From: Selaginella moellendorffii
Taxonomy: Eukaryota > Plantae > Lycopodiophyta
Length of the DNA: 64,000 bases
Assembly: GCF_000143415.4 (NCBI RefSeq)
Contig: NW_003314270.1
Coordinates: 2,101,048-2,165,047 of the forward strand
Reading direction: 5' to 3'
Shown here piece by piece: positions 1 through 12,636 of the stretch. The position numbers and the translations under genes were made by a program. Positions within the stretch are counted from its first letter, which is position 1; the number at the start of each line of letters is the position of its first letter. The notes under the pieces are model-generated. The model did no database searches. It had not been told where the DNA came from and saw only the letters and a program-made list of their open reading frames with translations.

Positions 1-2
1 CT

Positions 3-1355
3 AAGAAAGTTCCACCACCTTCACCTCATTTTCTCTCAAGCATTGATCTTTGCTACAGCAAGCCAGAATTCTCCACACTTGTGCTCTTCTTCAAGGATTG
101 CTTCTCGCCTTCCACAGGAGCTAAGAGTCTTGTAGACAGCCTCAGGTCTTCACTTTCCAAGGTGCTAGTATTTTATCCTGTTCTCGCTGGAAGGCTCAGG
201 GTAAACGAGAGTGGAAGGATCGAGGTAAACATGAACGGTCAAGGTGTCCACTTTGTGGAGTCAAAGGTGGACTCGAGCTTCCAAGATTGGCAAGACATAC
301 GCCAGTGTCCACTAGACATAGATTTATCACTCGACACCGGAGTTGTCAACCCCAGCGATGTTCCTCTTATCAAGTTCCACTTGACGCAATTTCACTGTGG
401 GAGCATTGCCATAGCAGTCCATTTTTTGCACATCGTTTTGGACGGCTCCAGCCTCTACAACTTCCTCAACGCATGGGCTAAAGTTCACCGTGGCAGCACT
501 TTATTTTGTGAGAGCTTTGGAAGAGAACGGGCGCTCTTGGCTCGGGATCCTCCAAAGGTGGACGCACCGGTGCCTTTCATCATTGACGCTGCTGCACGCG
601 ACAAGCAAATTGATCCAAGCAACATCACGCCTTGCAATCTGGTGACACTTCGAATGGAGCAAGCTGCTATAGACGCTTGCAAGCGAGAAGCTCAAACCGG
701 CGCCTTTGCATACAACGGTGGAAAAGCTACGGGCTTTGAGGCCGTGTTGTCCCTGCTGTGGTCGTCCATACTACGTGCACAGGGAGTCCCTCAACACCTT
801 GACACGGCTATCTTGTTCTCTATCAACCTGCGGGGCCAGAAGCTAGCAGTCGTCCCCCAAAATTATTTCGGCAATGCCGTTGCCAATTGTCAGGTTCATG
901 CGTCTCGAGCTGGCGACATAGTTGCTTCGGACTTATCGTATGCTGCGCATCTCATACACAAAGCAAAGATCTCCTGCAATAGAGCGTCGGTGCAGAGCAT
1001 GCTGGACTGGCTGGAGCTGAATTCTGCTCATCTTCACAAGGAACTTCACTGGAGGCGGGGAATCATGTCCACGACCATGACCAATTTCCACATGTATGGT
1101 CTCGATTTTGGGTGGCGAGGAGGAGCACTTTCCCAACTTTGCTTTCTGCCCAGCAAAGTTCCACCACACATGCCATTTGTTGCAATGCTGCCCTCGCCAA
1201 GACCCAAGTCAATAGAGATTGTCATTGGGCTGCATCACCAGGACAGAGAAGTGTTGCTACAAGACCATCTCTTCACACGCTATTTCTCAGCGTCAGAGAT
1301 TAAGCTGTGGACTGGAGATCGCATACGTAGAGCATTAAGGAGAGTCCCAAAGTAG
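3..1355 (+). CDS. BAHD acyltransferase, intronless, N-terminus cut off by the window edge
   Basis: HXXXD motif (HIVLDG), DFGWG-like motif (DFGWRG), YPVLAGRL and NYFGNAV segments. The frame is open back to base 3 (KKVPPPSPHFLSSIDL...), so the GTG at 81 is not the true start. Confidence 0.93.
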   Translation, partial: KKVPPPSPHFLSSIDLCYSKPEFSTLVLFFKDCFSPSTGAKSLVDSLRSSLSKVLVFYPVLAGRLRVNESGRIEVNMNGQGVHFVESKVDSSFQDWQDIRQCPLDIDLSLDTGVVNPSDVPLIKFHLTQFHCGSIAIAVHFLHIVLDGSSLYNFLNAWAKVHRGSTLFCESFGRERALLARDPPKVDAPVPFIIDAAARDKQIDPSNITPCNLVTLRMEQAAIDACKREAQTGAFAYNGGKATGFEAVLSLLWSSILRAQGVPQHLDTAILFSINLRGQKLAVVPQNYFGNAVANCQVHASRAGDIVASDLSYAAHLIHKAKISCNRASVQSMLDWLELNSAHLHKELHWRRGIMSTTMTNFHMYGLDFGWRGGALSQLCFLPSKVPPHMPFVAMLPSPRPKSIEIVIGLHHQDREVLLQDHLFTRYFSASEIKLWTGDRIRRALRRVPK

Positions 1356-3509
1356 TTCTTGCCTTTCACACAATATGATATTGCATTGTAATTTGTTAGC
1401 TTAAATAGTGTGACAAATTATTTTGTATTGTTTGTTTATAACTTTAACACCCATTCAAAATGCAATAATGTAGTCGTGTTCATGACAACGGACCGTGTTG
1501 GAACACGGCTCGTTGAGAGGCTGCCTGGCGATGGCTACAGGTTTCACACCATGACACCGTCTCCAAGCACCACCAACCATGTACCTCGACGTGACCATGC
1601 AACTGGAAATCGGAACACCTTCACTTATACTCTGGAAGGCTGGCCAGCTTTTGGAAGCAAAGGCCAGCTCACCGGATTCACTTTGGCTCGATCCTGATAC
1701 TCTGATGGAACAAAGAAAACACAAACTTCAACTTGCAGGAGAGATTGATCCAAAGCTGGAGACCATGCTGTACACCTCTTGTGCACAAAGCCAGTCCTCC
1801 ATTAATAGCAAACGAAAAAAAAAGAGCAAACAAGAAAAAAGATTGAGTGAACCTGTACCTCAGTGCAAAGGTGCACATTTATTTTAATCTTACTAATTTT
1901 TATTTTCTTTAGAAAACCTAGATATAATTTACATTAGATAAAAATAATATTGTGTGAAACGAAAACAAGTGTAAAGAATATACCTGGAATATCCAAGTAT
2001 ATTCTAAGATATTCCTCATTGTTAAATTTTTCTATGTAAGATTTAAAAATCTCCAATCATTTGCATTGTAGTAACAAATTCCAATAAAGCTTTAACCACT
2101 GCCCAGACATGAGAAGAAGAACAAGAACATAAGAGTGTTGACCAAAATCATTCTATACCTGCTTGAGATATGTTCTGTCAGCACCAGTGATACACCCATG
2201 GCCATTTATGGCAAAAAGATATTGTTAGCAATGAAAGCTAGCCAAAGCAAACACTTAACCATAATAAAATTTGATGTTGAAATTTTAACTCATTTATCGG
2301 GTTACTTTCAAAAGCTTATTCTAACTAAAAATTATAGCTAAAAGTTGATTTACATATTTATGAATATATTTTGTAAATAATACATCCAAGTAAATTTTTA
2401 CTGAAATTATTATCTATATCCTTACTGCTACTGCTAACTTAATTTTTTACTAAATTTTATATCTTATTTTCTAACAAAAAAATAGGAAGTTATTAATATT
2501 AATTATATCTTATTTTTCAAATATGTTATTACTGATAATAATAACTAAATTTAGTACTAAAAATTTATCTAAATATAGATTTACTATTTTAAATCTATTG
2601 TAGTTTTTTGCAAAAAAAATTACTTTATAAAGCAATTACACATTACAGTGGTACATATAAGTGATAAAAAAAAAGAAGCTGAAATTACCCCAAAATACTT
2701 AAAACAATTTGATTAGTTTTGTGATGTTTATATTTTTCTCAGAATAAAAAGTTTTAATTTTTATCCCAAAACATTAATTGATTTTAATAAATGAAATTCT
2801 GAAAATTTTGATCATAGGAGAAGGATGACCATTTATTTCATGAATGGATCTTTAGTTTTTATTTGCCCTTTTTTTCCTACACAAAAACCATGAATAACTA
2901 TTTAAAACATATCCATTTATTATTTTTTATAGAAATTTATTGCAACTCTATCCTTCTAGGCTCAATTCTTATAGGTGACTATAGCTTAATCCTTATATGT
3001 GTTGTTTATAATATTGTTTTTACTATCATTATTAGAACAAATGTAAAACCATATTAGCATCCACACTAAAATATGATCCATGAAACGCCTCTTTCATTAC
3101 TTCAAAAAATCATGTTTTGAAGCTTTTGTTTTTTTAGAAGCTCTTTAAATTTCATAAATTTACTCTCAATATTTGTGGGATCTATTAAAAATAAAAGTTT
3201 AGCTTCACATTATAAAAAAATAAAATTTTACTTGAATTTGAGATGCTTCTTCCTTTCTTCCCCATTGCAAAAAAAGCAAGTCGTTTTGTTTATATTTAAA
3301 GAAAAGTTAAAATCTTGGTAAAATTAATTAGCTATTCAAACATTTTGAATTATATATAAACAATTAAAAATAATGATTCAAAAGATGATTTATAAGGGTT
3401 TTAATATAAAGGAAAAGTGCCATGAATTAGAGTGCACCCCTTTTTTCTAATTAGTTAAATTTTAAGATAGTTAGATTAAGCATCCTTAAGTTTGCTAACA
3501 ACAAGACAG

Positions 3510-4417
3510 AAGCAAGTGGTCTAAATTGAAATTAATCCAACAACTACCAAAATCCCACTATTGTAATATTAATATATAATATTGTAGCTATACACTTGGA
3601 CTTCACATTATTTCTTCCTCTTGGAGTGATGGAAGACAATTAGAGTTCTCTCGTGGATGAACTAGGATTTAGAGGAACATAAAAAGGAGGTATTGGTGGA
3701 TTTGTTGATAATGTCAATTGTTCCTAATCTCTTTGTACAAAGCATTTCAACACATGTATAATTTTGGAGGATTTGCCTATTAGATATCATATTAAACCTT
3801 ATAATCTTGTGGTCTAATTTGCCGCAACACCTAGTACAGTCCCTTCCACTTAACAAGGAGCCCCTTAGACAAACCATGTACCATAAGATTGGGAAAACAA
3901 ATTAACATGAAGTCATCCATTTTATATTTTGCATATAAATGATGATAGGAGTTGTAGTGCCATTGTTATCCCACTTATATGTAGCCTAAGTGTTCAGTAG
4001 ACTCTACTCAAATAAATGGAAGAATGTTCATCAAATATTAATCCCAAAACCTATCATTGGCAACTTGTGGCAATCGTGAAGGTAAACTCAACTTTATTGG
4101 TAATATCAAATTATAACTATATTATGGTCAAGCACTAATAGAACTTTACATTTTTATGACATATGTATATCGAAAAGACAGCAATAACCATTCCAATCTG
4201 AATATTGAAAGTTTACATACTTCACAATCATCTTTATAAAGGTTCAAATGAGCTATTCCACCACACTATCTGTATATGGATGATAAACACTTATGAAAGT
4301 GTGGCAAATCCCCAATTGAGGCATCAAAACATGAAATGCCTCACCCATAAATGTGGAACTATTATCTGAAATAATTTATTCCGAACAGAAATACTGAAAC
4401 ACCACTCGATTGAGGAC
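3510..4417 (-). mobile_element. Decayed Ty3/Gypsy remnant: integrase core, PPT and start of a 3' LTR (family C)
   Basis: Minus strand near 4390-4250 reads IISDNSSTFMGEAF...GICHTFISVYHPYTDSVVE, matching the integrase SDNG...YHPQTDGQ.ER region. Purine tract AAGAGGAAGAAATAA is followed by TGTGAAG at 3607. Homologous to 25290-26162 in inverted orientation. Confidence 0.75.
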
Positions 4418-4914
4418 TATAGCGCATGTGATCATAGAATGAGATTTGGATATACTGTTACCGTGGATCTTTAGAACCTTAGGGGATAAATGGGGATAAA
4501 ATAATTAATAAGGGCTTTCTCATCAAGCAATTGCCCTTTTTTTAGTTGGCTTAAGGGGAGAGAGATAAGGTGCACTATAGTTGGTATCAGAGCCAATAGC
4601 ACGGGTTCAATTCCCATTGATTAGTGGCTACTTAAAAATATAATATACCCCTAAACAAGGTATATTCCTAGGTATGAAGGTATTCACCGTGGGACTGTAG
4701 TACGGGTGGATGACATTAACATCCCTTCAGTATATTCCTAGGTATGAAGGTATTCACCGTGGGACTGCAGTACGGGTGGATGACATTAACATCTCTGAAG
4801 GGGGGTGAGTGTAGCACATGTGATCATGGGATGAGATTTGGATATACTGTCACTGTGAATTTTTGAAACCTTGAGGGATAAATAGGGATAAATTAAGAGA
4901 TAAAGTGTGTTACA
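4418..4914 (+). mobile_element. TRIM (terminal-repeat retrotransposon in miniature), ~497 bp
   Basis: 5' LTR 4418-~4579 (TATAGCGCATGTGATC...) and 3' LTR 4810-4914 (TGTAGCACATGTGATC...TTACA). Met-tRNA PBS TGGTATCAGAGCCA at 4582, PPT GAAGGGGGGTGAG just before the 3' LTR, TSD AGGAC (4413-4417)/AGGAA (4915-4919). Confidence 0.88.
4660..4797 (+). repeat. 70-bp tandem duplication inside the TRIM internal domain
   Basis: GTATATTCCTAGGTATGAAGGTATTCACCGTGGGACTG(T/C)AGTACGGGTGGATGACATTAACATC occurs at 4660 and 4730. Confidence 0.95.
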
Positions 4915-4919
4915 AGGAA

Positions 4920-7900
4920 GAAGATAATTAACTATCCTAAATGATAATCAATCATCACTAATGATCACCAATGCAAACACTAGCATAAATATTGAAACTA
5001 AAGAGCATAAATATCTTTTTTCACAACTATTAACAATTGGAATAATGAGCATGAGAATTTAATGATGTAAAAGCTTGAAGAAGCCTATAGATAAATCTCA
5101 TATAATAGTGATGATGAGTCTCAAATGAACTAATATCAATGCTAAAGAAGTAATCATTGGTACAACCCGCAATATCCTTTTCAACATATTTAGAAGTTCA
5201 ACTTTATAATGCTAAAGCTAATGAAAAGCATGTTTGCATCAATCCAAAAGCTAAGTATAATGAAGATATACTCAATAAATAATCATTAAACGGTCCTCAT
5301 GAATCCATTTTCTATAACAAAATGTAACCCACTTCATAATAAATACAAAAAAAATCATTAATGATGATATAATCTAAAATCAATCCAATAAAGAATCAAT
5401 CACTCTAATATTAATCACTAACTCTTCCTTTTACAAGGGTAATATAGTTTATGACAAAATCACTTTTCAAGGAAAAACTAAAGATAAACCCCATATAGAA
5501 CAAAATTAACTTAATTTGCCACTTAATTATTTAAATACTAACATAATTACTAACTAACAAATACATAAATGCCAAAAATATGAAGTTACAACAAAATCAT
5601 CAACACTATCTATATTGATACAATCAAACTCAACATCAATCTTATATAGAGACATCTCATTTCACTTGAATCTTAACATCAATAATGTCAATGATATGGC
5701 ATCACTTTAATGCCATGAACATTAAAATAAAGCTAGAATAAAGCAAAAATGAATCACCACTCAAAACTCTTTTTAGCAACCAAATTAACTAAGATAAAAA
5801 ATACTATACTTTATATCTGAGATTAACCCTGCAATAGTACTTAGCATTAAATAATACATCATCAAGGAGTGATTCACCACATCTAAGACTCAATGAAGTC
5901 CAATACTATAAACTAAATCCAACCAAATGATACAGATAGAGGTAAAATCAACATACTAACATGAAAAAACCATAAAAGTTTAATAACAGAATCTTTTGCA
6001 ACACCATTTGCTAAAAGAAGCTACCAATGCTAAATCATTATCGAGTGAAGAAAGTGTCATTAGTCCTCAACGAAGTCTACAATAACCACTAGTTATAAAA
6101 CAAGTAATAATCATTTTTCAGCTCACTTCACAAGAGCCAAACAGTAACCTTATGTTATCGAGTTATATATTTGTCCAAGAAGAAGGTAACACTCTAAGTA
6201 CAACATAAAGAATCATGGATAGACATGAATTAAATGACCATTCAAATTTAATCAAACTACAATAAGCTCTCCAACACATATAACTAATAGTTCTAACCAT
6301 ACTTTGAAGAGGCTAAATATGCACGATCAACACTCAATTGAAACTAAAGTGAAGACCATAAAATAAACTCATTTAGGTATACAACCTCCTAATAGACAAA
6401 GTTATAATACAAGTATTAACACCTTAATTACAAACAACTAAATTAGATATCACCATCCTCAACAAAAGCACAAGAGTACCAAAATTAAGTCAAGATTAGT
6501 GTAAGTTTACTACTCTCATAGAGTTTATGAAATGCAAAGTGCAACCTACTACTAAACTTGATGTTACAAAAAAAAGGCACAAGAGTTATATTTTTAGAAA
6601 AATGCAACAACCACTTTTCTACACCATCTTTAGACTCTATTCAACTCAATTGCCTTAGCCCTAAAAGTAAACATCCCTTTCGGGCCGTATCATACAAACT
6701 ACTTAGTAGGGTTTAAGCCAACTGAAGTAAACTTCAACCTTTTCACTAATTTGTGCTAGCTTATAAAAATAAGATGGTTTTTGAACAAAATAATCAATAA
6801 ATCAACCATTAAAAAAACCTATGAAAATTTGTGAAAATTTTCCATCCTAAAGCTAAAAATGACTTTCAATTTAGAAATGTAAACTTTCAAGACTCAACCA
6901 ACTTCCTCCTACTTACAACTTCATATAAATTCACCTTAACATAAATTTTTATGAACCAACATTATGCTTAAGTATCAAATATCATTCTTATATATTCAAC
7001 ATCAAACATTGACATCCACAAAATGCAAATGAATGCCCAAGATTTGATCATGAAGACCGTATTTATGAATATATATATTGCACTAGCATTCTTCTTTAAT
7101 CACTTTGAAAATCTAGTATGAAGTTAAAATACTAACAAGAAAAATGACATAGCTCTAAAGAATATTCCTCATCACTTAACATAGTAATACCACCTCCACT
7201 AGCACAAGAACATAAAGCTAATGCCTCAACTACACACCACCATTCAACAATTTAATCCAAGTGCTAATAAATTCACCAACAAGTTATAACAAATGAATGG
7301 TACAACTTTTTCATACATTAATAAATAAATTCTCATATCACTAGTTTAATATAATGGATCAATTTTAGAGAATCCAGTCAAAGCCACTACAATGCTACTA
7401 CGTGCAAGTAGATTAGCATTACCATCAACCACTTTGGGGTTGATCATCATTTGACCAAACAACTTTGTAAACACATCAGTCATGATCACTATGATATGAA
7501 ATAAAAAATCACAATGATTTGATCATCAATTGAACAATATCACGGGTTAACCCACATTATTACTTTAAAGGTTTACATGAGTATCAAGTGTTAACTAGAT
7601 TTGACAAAATGCATTATAAATGCCACACCCTATCGATAAAGATTTACAATATCTAACACCATCAACTTTGTTCACAATATAAATAAGCTTATGCACTTTC
7701 TTTTTGACCAAGCTTAAAACTAATTCAATACCAAACTACTCAAGGAGGAATAATAAAGTTCGCCGAAAACAAATTAAGCATTGCAACCCAACCCTTCCAA
7801 TAACAAGTCTAAGCAAATGGTTTAGTGTTTCACTATTATCTATCACTTGTAAAATTATCATAACCAATATACATCGAAGTAGGGACTTTAATTGCATGAT

Positions 7901-8540
7901 ATGAACATAAATAATGAGTCACATTTCATTGCCAAATCATCCCTCGAAAAAGATAAGATTATTTTTGTAAATGATCCCTTATCAATCTCAACTTGATTAA
8001 ACCTCAAACTTATATTCACATTGCCTTTAGTCTAATCTAAGAAAAGTGTATAAGAGAGCATAACAACAATTACCTAAACCAATAGACTAATCCTTACAAT
8101 CTTAGTTGATTAATTCATATTCATGCTTAGGAAAGATCCATTAGTGCCATACTAAATAGCTATAGACCAACCTATTTGCCACTTATAGCAAACTCAAGGG
8201 AGGTTTACTTTTACCCATAGTAACATAGAATTATTTATGGTAATAATTGTTAAACAAATATTAATTTTGCCAACTCAATCTGTAACTTTAAGTTGCTAAT
8301 GTGCCTCACTCATAAACCCAAGTACAAACTTGTGCAAATGGTGCACCTCAAATCTATCTTATGAGCTCAAGCGAAAGCTCATACAATCTAGTATAAAAAG
8401 GTAACCAAAATCCATACTTAAGGAACACATGCAAAGCCATATTAACTAAATATATACCCACTTAAATCATCATTTTCATCTCTACATATGTAATAAAATT
8501 AGTTACTTAATCTTATTGGATAGTACTCGTTGAGAGTCAT
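4920..8540. other. Highly AT-rich, A/C-skewed ORF-free tract, probably ancient decayed retroelement sequence
   Basis: No ORFs >70 aa, strong strand skew, lies inside the TE nest. No motif could be confidently recovered. Confidence 0.35.
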
Positions 8541-8678
8541 TTTTTGATGTGGTTTTCACCCTTTACCCACCATAGAATAACTGTGAAGCAAAACTTTAAC
8601 TATTGGACATGTGGGCCAAGGGTAAGAGTGAAAGTGTCATGAATATGACTTCAGGTAATTGAAAGATACTTGTCAGCC

Positions 8679-10335
8679 TATAGTGCATGTGGTTTTCACC
8701 CTTTATCCTATGGTGATTTATCATAGGATAACACTACGAAGTGGAACTTAAACTCTCCATATGCCACGTGTTATATGCCACATGTTACATGCCACGTGTC
8801 CATAGGATAGTGGTGTGGAACTTGAGGTTCAAGGCCTTGGGCCACTGAACGAAGGAATGGTGCCAAACCCCCAAGCATGGAGCCAAGGAATGATGGAACC
8901 GGACCACAGAGCAACTCTTGAGCATATAGCCCAAGGAGCGAAGGGACAGGAGTCCGGAGTGACTTGGAACAGTCCTAAAGCAACCAACATCCTAATGCCA
9001 AGACTAACATGCAAAATGGAGCCAAATAGAGTCTAGCGCTATTTTAGCATACCGGTGGCCTAACGTGAGGGCATAGGTACTCCACCAGCTAGCATGGTGT
9101 GGAATTTGGGCTTAGACCCAAGCTGGACACAGAACAAGGACAAGCACGCAAGCGGGAGTTAGACTATGCCTCAAATTGGTCAACCATGCCCAATTTACCC
9201 ACTATCTCTATTATACATTTGGAGCCCCCCATAGCCCCCCTAAACCCTAAACTCTCCATGTGCCATGTGTCATATGCCACATGTTACATGCCACGTGTCC
9301 ATAGGATAGTGGTGTGGAACCTGAGGTTCAAGGCCTTAGGCCACTGAATGAAGGAATGGTGCCAAACCCCCAAGCATGGAGCCAAGGAATGATGGAACCG
9401 GACCACAGAGCAACTCTTGAGCATACAGCCCAAGGAGCGAAGGGACAAGAGCCTAGAGCGACTTGGAACAGTCCTAGAACAACCAGCATCCTAATGCCAA
9501 GACTAACACGCAAAACGGAGCCAAATTGAGTTTGGCGCTATTTTAGCATACCGGTGGCCTAACGTGAGGGCATAGGTACTCCACCAGCTAGCAGGGTGTG
9601 GAACTTGGGCTTAGACCCAAGCCGGACACAGAACAAGGATAGGCACGCAAGCAAGAGTTAGGCTATGCCTCAAATTGGTCAGCCATACCCAACCTACCCA
9701 CTATCTTTATTATACATTTGGAACCCCCCATAGCCCCCCTCCCCCCCCCCCCCCCCCCGAGAAACACATGCTTTGGGCTTTCACCCCAAGCCTCCCTTAG
9801 TACTAGGAGTTAGTCTCTGGGACAAGCTCAAAACTTAGTAAATATGGAATGGTGCTAGAATGTGAATTTGGACATGGGACGAACACCACTGTGTTCAAGA
9901 CAATCTCTACATTCCGTAAATATGCTAAATGAGCAAATCTAGACACTTTCCATAAATAGCATTTAGGGCCAAAATGAGACTAACATAAAGGGCATGATAG
10001 CAAGGGTGTTTGGTAGACACAGTAAGCTATCATCTAGCGATATTGAGGGACTAATCTCAATATGCAAAGGTTCTTGTCACTAGCAAGTGCAAGACAAAAC
10101 AAAGCGGGAACTCCCTACCGGGCTAAGTATGCTTAGGTAATAACACGTAGGAATTCCGTCCTTATACTCGTCCGGTTTAAGTACACTCAAAATGCCTAGT
10201 TAACTCCACTAGCACAAGAGGTACTAATAAAGGGTCTAGCAATACCGACTTCTTGCCATCGTGGCAGTAAGGAAAGAGTGTCCGTAAGGACTGGCTGACA
10301 AGTAACTTTTGATACCTAAAGTCACATTTGCGACA
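8679..10335 (+). mobile_element. Solo LTR of family B (~1.15 kb unit plus an internal 499-bp duplication); strand is relative, true orientation unknown
   Basis: Termini TATAGTGCATGTGGTTTTCACCC...CATTTGCGACA (T[G>A]...CA). TSD CAGCC (8674-8678)/TAGCC (10336-10340). Homologs at 24398-25260 and 26418-27425. Confidence 0.8.
8749..9740 (+). repeat. 499-bp direct tandem duplication within the solo LTR, followed by a poly-C run
   Basis: TAAACTCTCCAT... starts at 8749 and 9248. Paired ORFs 8815/9314 are near-identical. Confidence 0.95.
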
Positions 10336-10879
10336 TAGCCAATCTTTATAGACACTCTTTTCTTACTACCATGATGGCAAAAGATTGGTATTGTTGATTC
10401 CCTTTAGTAGCCCATTTTGTCCAAGTGTTAGTTTACTAGGTTTAGCATTTATACTTAGCCAAATGAACATAAGGTAGGAACTCTTATGTGTTTCTAGTAA
10501 GGGGGTTCCAAATGTATAGTAGAGATAGTGATTGGAATGTATGTCCAACCATTTGAAATATTAATTTACCTCCCACTAAGTTGTGTTGCTCCTTGTTTTG
10601 CGTCTGACTTGGGTCTAAGCCCAAGCTCCACACTACTCTAGTTGGTAGGGTATCCTTCTCCTCGCGTTAAGCCACTGGTATGCCAAAATTGTGCCAAACA
10701 CCATTTGACACCATTTTACATGTAGGTACTAAATACAAGGAGTTAGTGCTTGTGGGATTGTATTGGACCCTTGTTTTGTAGTGCAATGAGCTTGGAGTTC
10801 AGCTCCAAATTCATGTGCAATACAGAAAGGTGTAAAGGAACTAAAGTATAGAATGACTTATGAGTGAAGGGACAAGTGC

Positions 10880-11085
10880 ATGAAATGACATTAAAATAGT
10901 CCTAGAGCTTCTGGCATCCCAATGCCAAGACTAACACACAAAACAGAGCTAAATGGAGTTTGGCTTTATTTCAATATATTAATGGCCTAACATGAGGATA
11001 TAAGTACTCCACTAGCTAGTATGGTATGGAGATTAAGACCTAAACTGGATGTAAAACAAAGACAGGCACACAAGTGGGAGCTAGA
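10880..11085 (+). mobile_element. Fragment of LTR family B, inverted relative to 10570-10770
   Basis: GTCCTAGAGCTTCTGGCATCCCAATGCCAAGACTAACAC...GTGGGAGCTAGAC matches 8972-9165. Confidence 0.75.
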
Positions 11086-11109
11086 CAATAGAGGGAAACT
11101 ATAACTCTG

Positions 11110-11477
11110 TGTGAGACACAAAATCCCTAGGCCCCAAAGTGGAGCCAGAAGGGCGCCACATGGTAGTGGCCGAAGCGAGAGCCAAACGAGCGTAACACGT
11201 TTGGACCAAAAGCTCCGACTTGAAAAGTCAAGAGCGGGAGTGGACTCCCAACGAAGTGCTCGAGGAACGAGCACGAAGCGAGCAAAAGGCGAGGCTCCAA
11301 AAAGGGACCCAAAAGGACCAACACATGACACGTGGGAGTGTCCGAGATGGAGTCCGAAGTGGAGTCCGAGATGGACCCGAGTTGGAGTCCGAAGTGGAGT
11401 CCGAGATGGGCCCGAGATAGACCCGAAATGGAGTCCGAGATGGAGTCCGAGATGGAGTCCGAGATGGAGTCCGAAGT

Positions 11478-11512
<35 letters not shown>

Positions 11513-12621
11513 TCGGGACCGAGACCGAGACCGAGGCCGAGGCCGAGACCGAGCCCAAGCCCGAGTCCGAGTCCGAATCCGAATCCGAGTCCGAGTCCGA
11601 GTCCGAGTCCGAGTCCGGAGCCTGAGAGGGTGAAAACCCAAAGCGTTCGTCTCCCAGACCCTGGGGGGTTTGGTGAGCTCCAAAAGTATAGTAGGGGGAG
11701 GACTGCAGTGGAGCCAGTTTGGCCAGGAAAGGCCAGTTTGGCCCAGGAAGGCCAGACCCAGTGTTGGGTGATGAACTGACCACTGGGAAGTCCAAGACTA
11801 GAGTGAATACGGACCGACAAGCGGGGTAGCTTGGTGAAGTGTTCAAGAGCCGGCTCTAGTTCCCCCGGGAGATCGACTGGCCGATGCTCCCAGTCCAAGT
11901 GTGGGTGGCACTACCTACTTGGATACCAGGCGTGGCTCAACGGAACCTCGCTCTAAGCCCATGGCTAGAGCACCCAAAGGCGATAGGTGGGGAGAGTAAC
12001 CAGGTGGCTTGCGTAAGGCCACGGTGTTCCGAAATGTCGTCCCAAAGGCCCAGACTGTGGAAAGGAAGAGGAGCAGTCCTCTGGGGTAGTGACCAAGGAC
12101 ACAGTCGTGTGGTGAGGAAGTCCCAGAGGACCGTGGGACTTAGTGGTCGAGCCTGTGGGCCTCGATCCAGTGGCAGTGTTGGCAAACACGGCCAGGGGCA
12201 GAAAGGGACTTGGTAGGAACTGACAAAGGGACTTTGGGGAAGGCGATTCCCCAGGTCTGTGGGCATCCTAAGGATGCTAAGGAATGGATCTAGGATGACC
12301 CCTCGTAGATAGATGGCCCAGTCTTGGAGAGACGGGATGGTGATGCAAGTGGTATTGGACCATTTGCGCAGCAAAGGTGAATGGGCATGGCCTTAGCGTA
12401 ACGGGCCGAGATGTCAGTGGTACCTTTGGGTGTCAGTCATGGGATCGGACACGTGGAGCACTTGGACCAAGTGCAAAGGTTGAGTGGCATGGATGCCACT
12501 CTCGGGGATAGCAAGCCCCAAGTCCTGAATGGGACTTATGGAGGTTGTGAATGAGACTCCTCCAAGTGGTCGGAGGTGTGGTTAAGTGACTAAAGTAGAA
12601 TGGAAAAATTAGTCGCTTACA
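11110..12621 (+). repeat. LTR 1 (1512 bp)
   Basis: TGTGAGACACAAAATCCC...AGTCGCTTACA, followed by the PBS. Confidence 0.93.
11341..11619 (+). repeat. LTR-internal VNTR, 12-bp GAGATGGAGTCC units then 6-bp GAGACC/GAGTCC units (copy 1)
   Basis: Directly visible; the source of the low-complexity ORFs (SESESE, RPRPRP, GLGLGL). Confidence 0.95.
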
Positions 12622-12624
12622 ATT

Positions 12625-12636
12625 TGGTCTCGGAGC
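12625..12636 (+). promoter_or_regulatory. Primer-binding site, variant of the initiator Met-tRNA PBS (second copy 18522-18533)
   Basis: TGGTCTCGGAGC versus consensus TGGTATCAGAGC, 3 nt after the LTR end. Confidence 0.8.

Larger units (their letters stand above)
8636..10780 (-). mobile_element. Older LTR-family-B copy (inverted relative to 8679-10335), split by the solo LTR insertion into 8636-8678 and 10341-~10780
   Basis: TGTCATGAATATGACTTCAGGTAATTGAAAGATACTTGTCAGCC|AATCTTTATAGACACTC... is colinear with the reverse complement of 10200-10335 across the insertion point. Confidence 0.75.

Noticed and set aside
1410-1887. Short overlapping ORFs in a GC-richer patch after the BAHD gene
   Set aside because: No recognisable domain or consistent splice structure. 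It may be a gene fragment, but I cannot support that.
4418-4914. Cassandra-type TRIM carrying 5S rRNA
   Set aside because: No recognisable 5S rRNA A/C-box segment in either LTR.
11614-11660. Hammerhead-ribozyme-like string GGAGC-CTGAGA-GGGT-GAAA-ACCC-AAAGCG-TTCGTC-TCC in the LTR (retrozyme hypothesis)
   Set aside because: The core lacks one nucleotide of CUGANGA and the G of GAAA, and stem III is not credible. It is best read as an ordinary GAAA-tetraloop hairpin. An Infernal search with hammerhead models would settle it.
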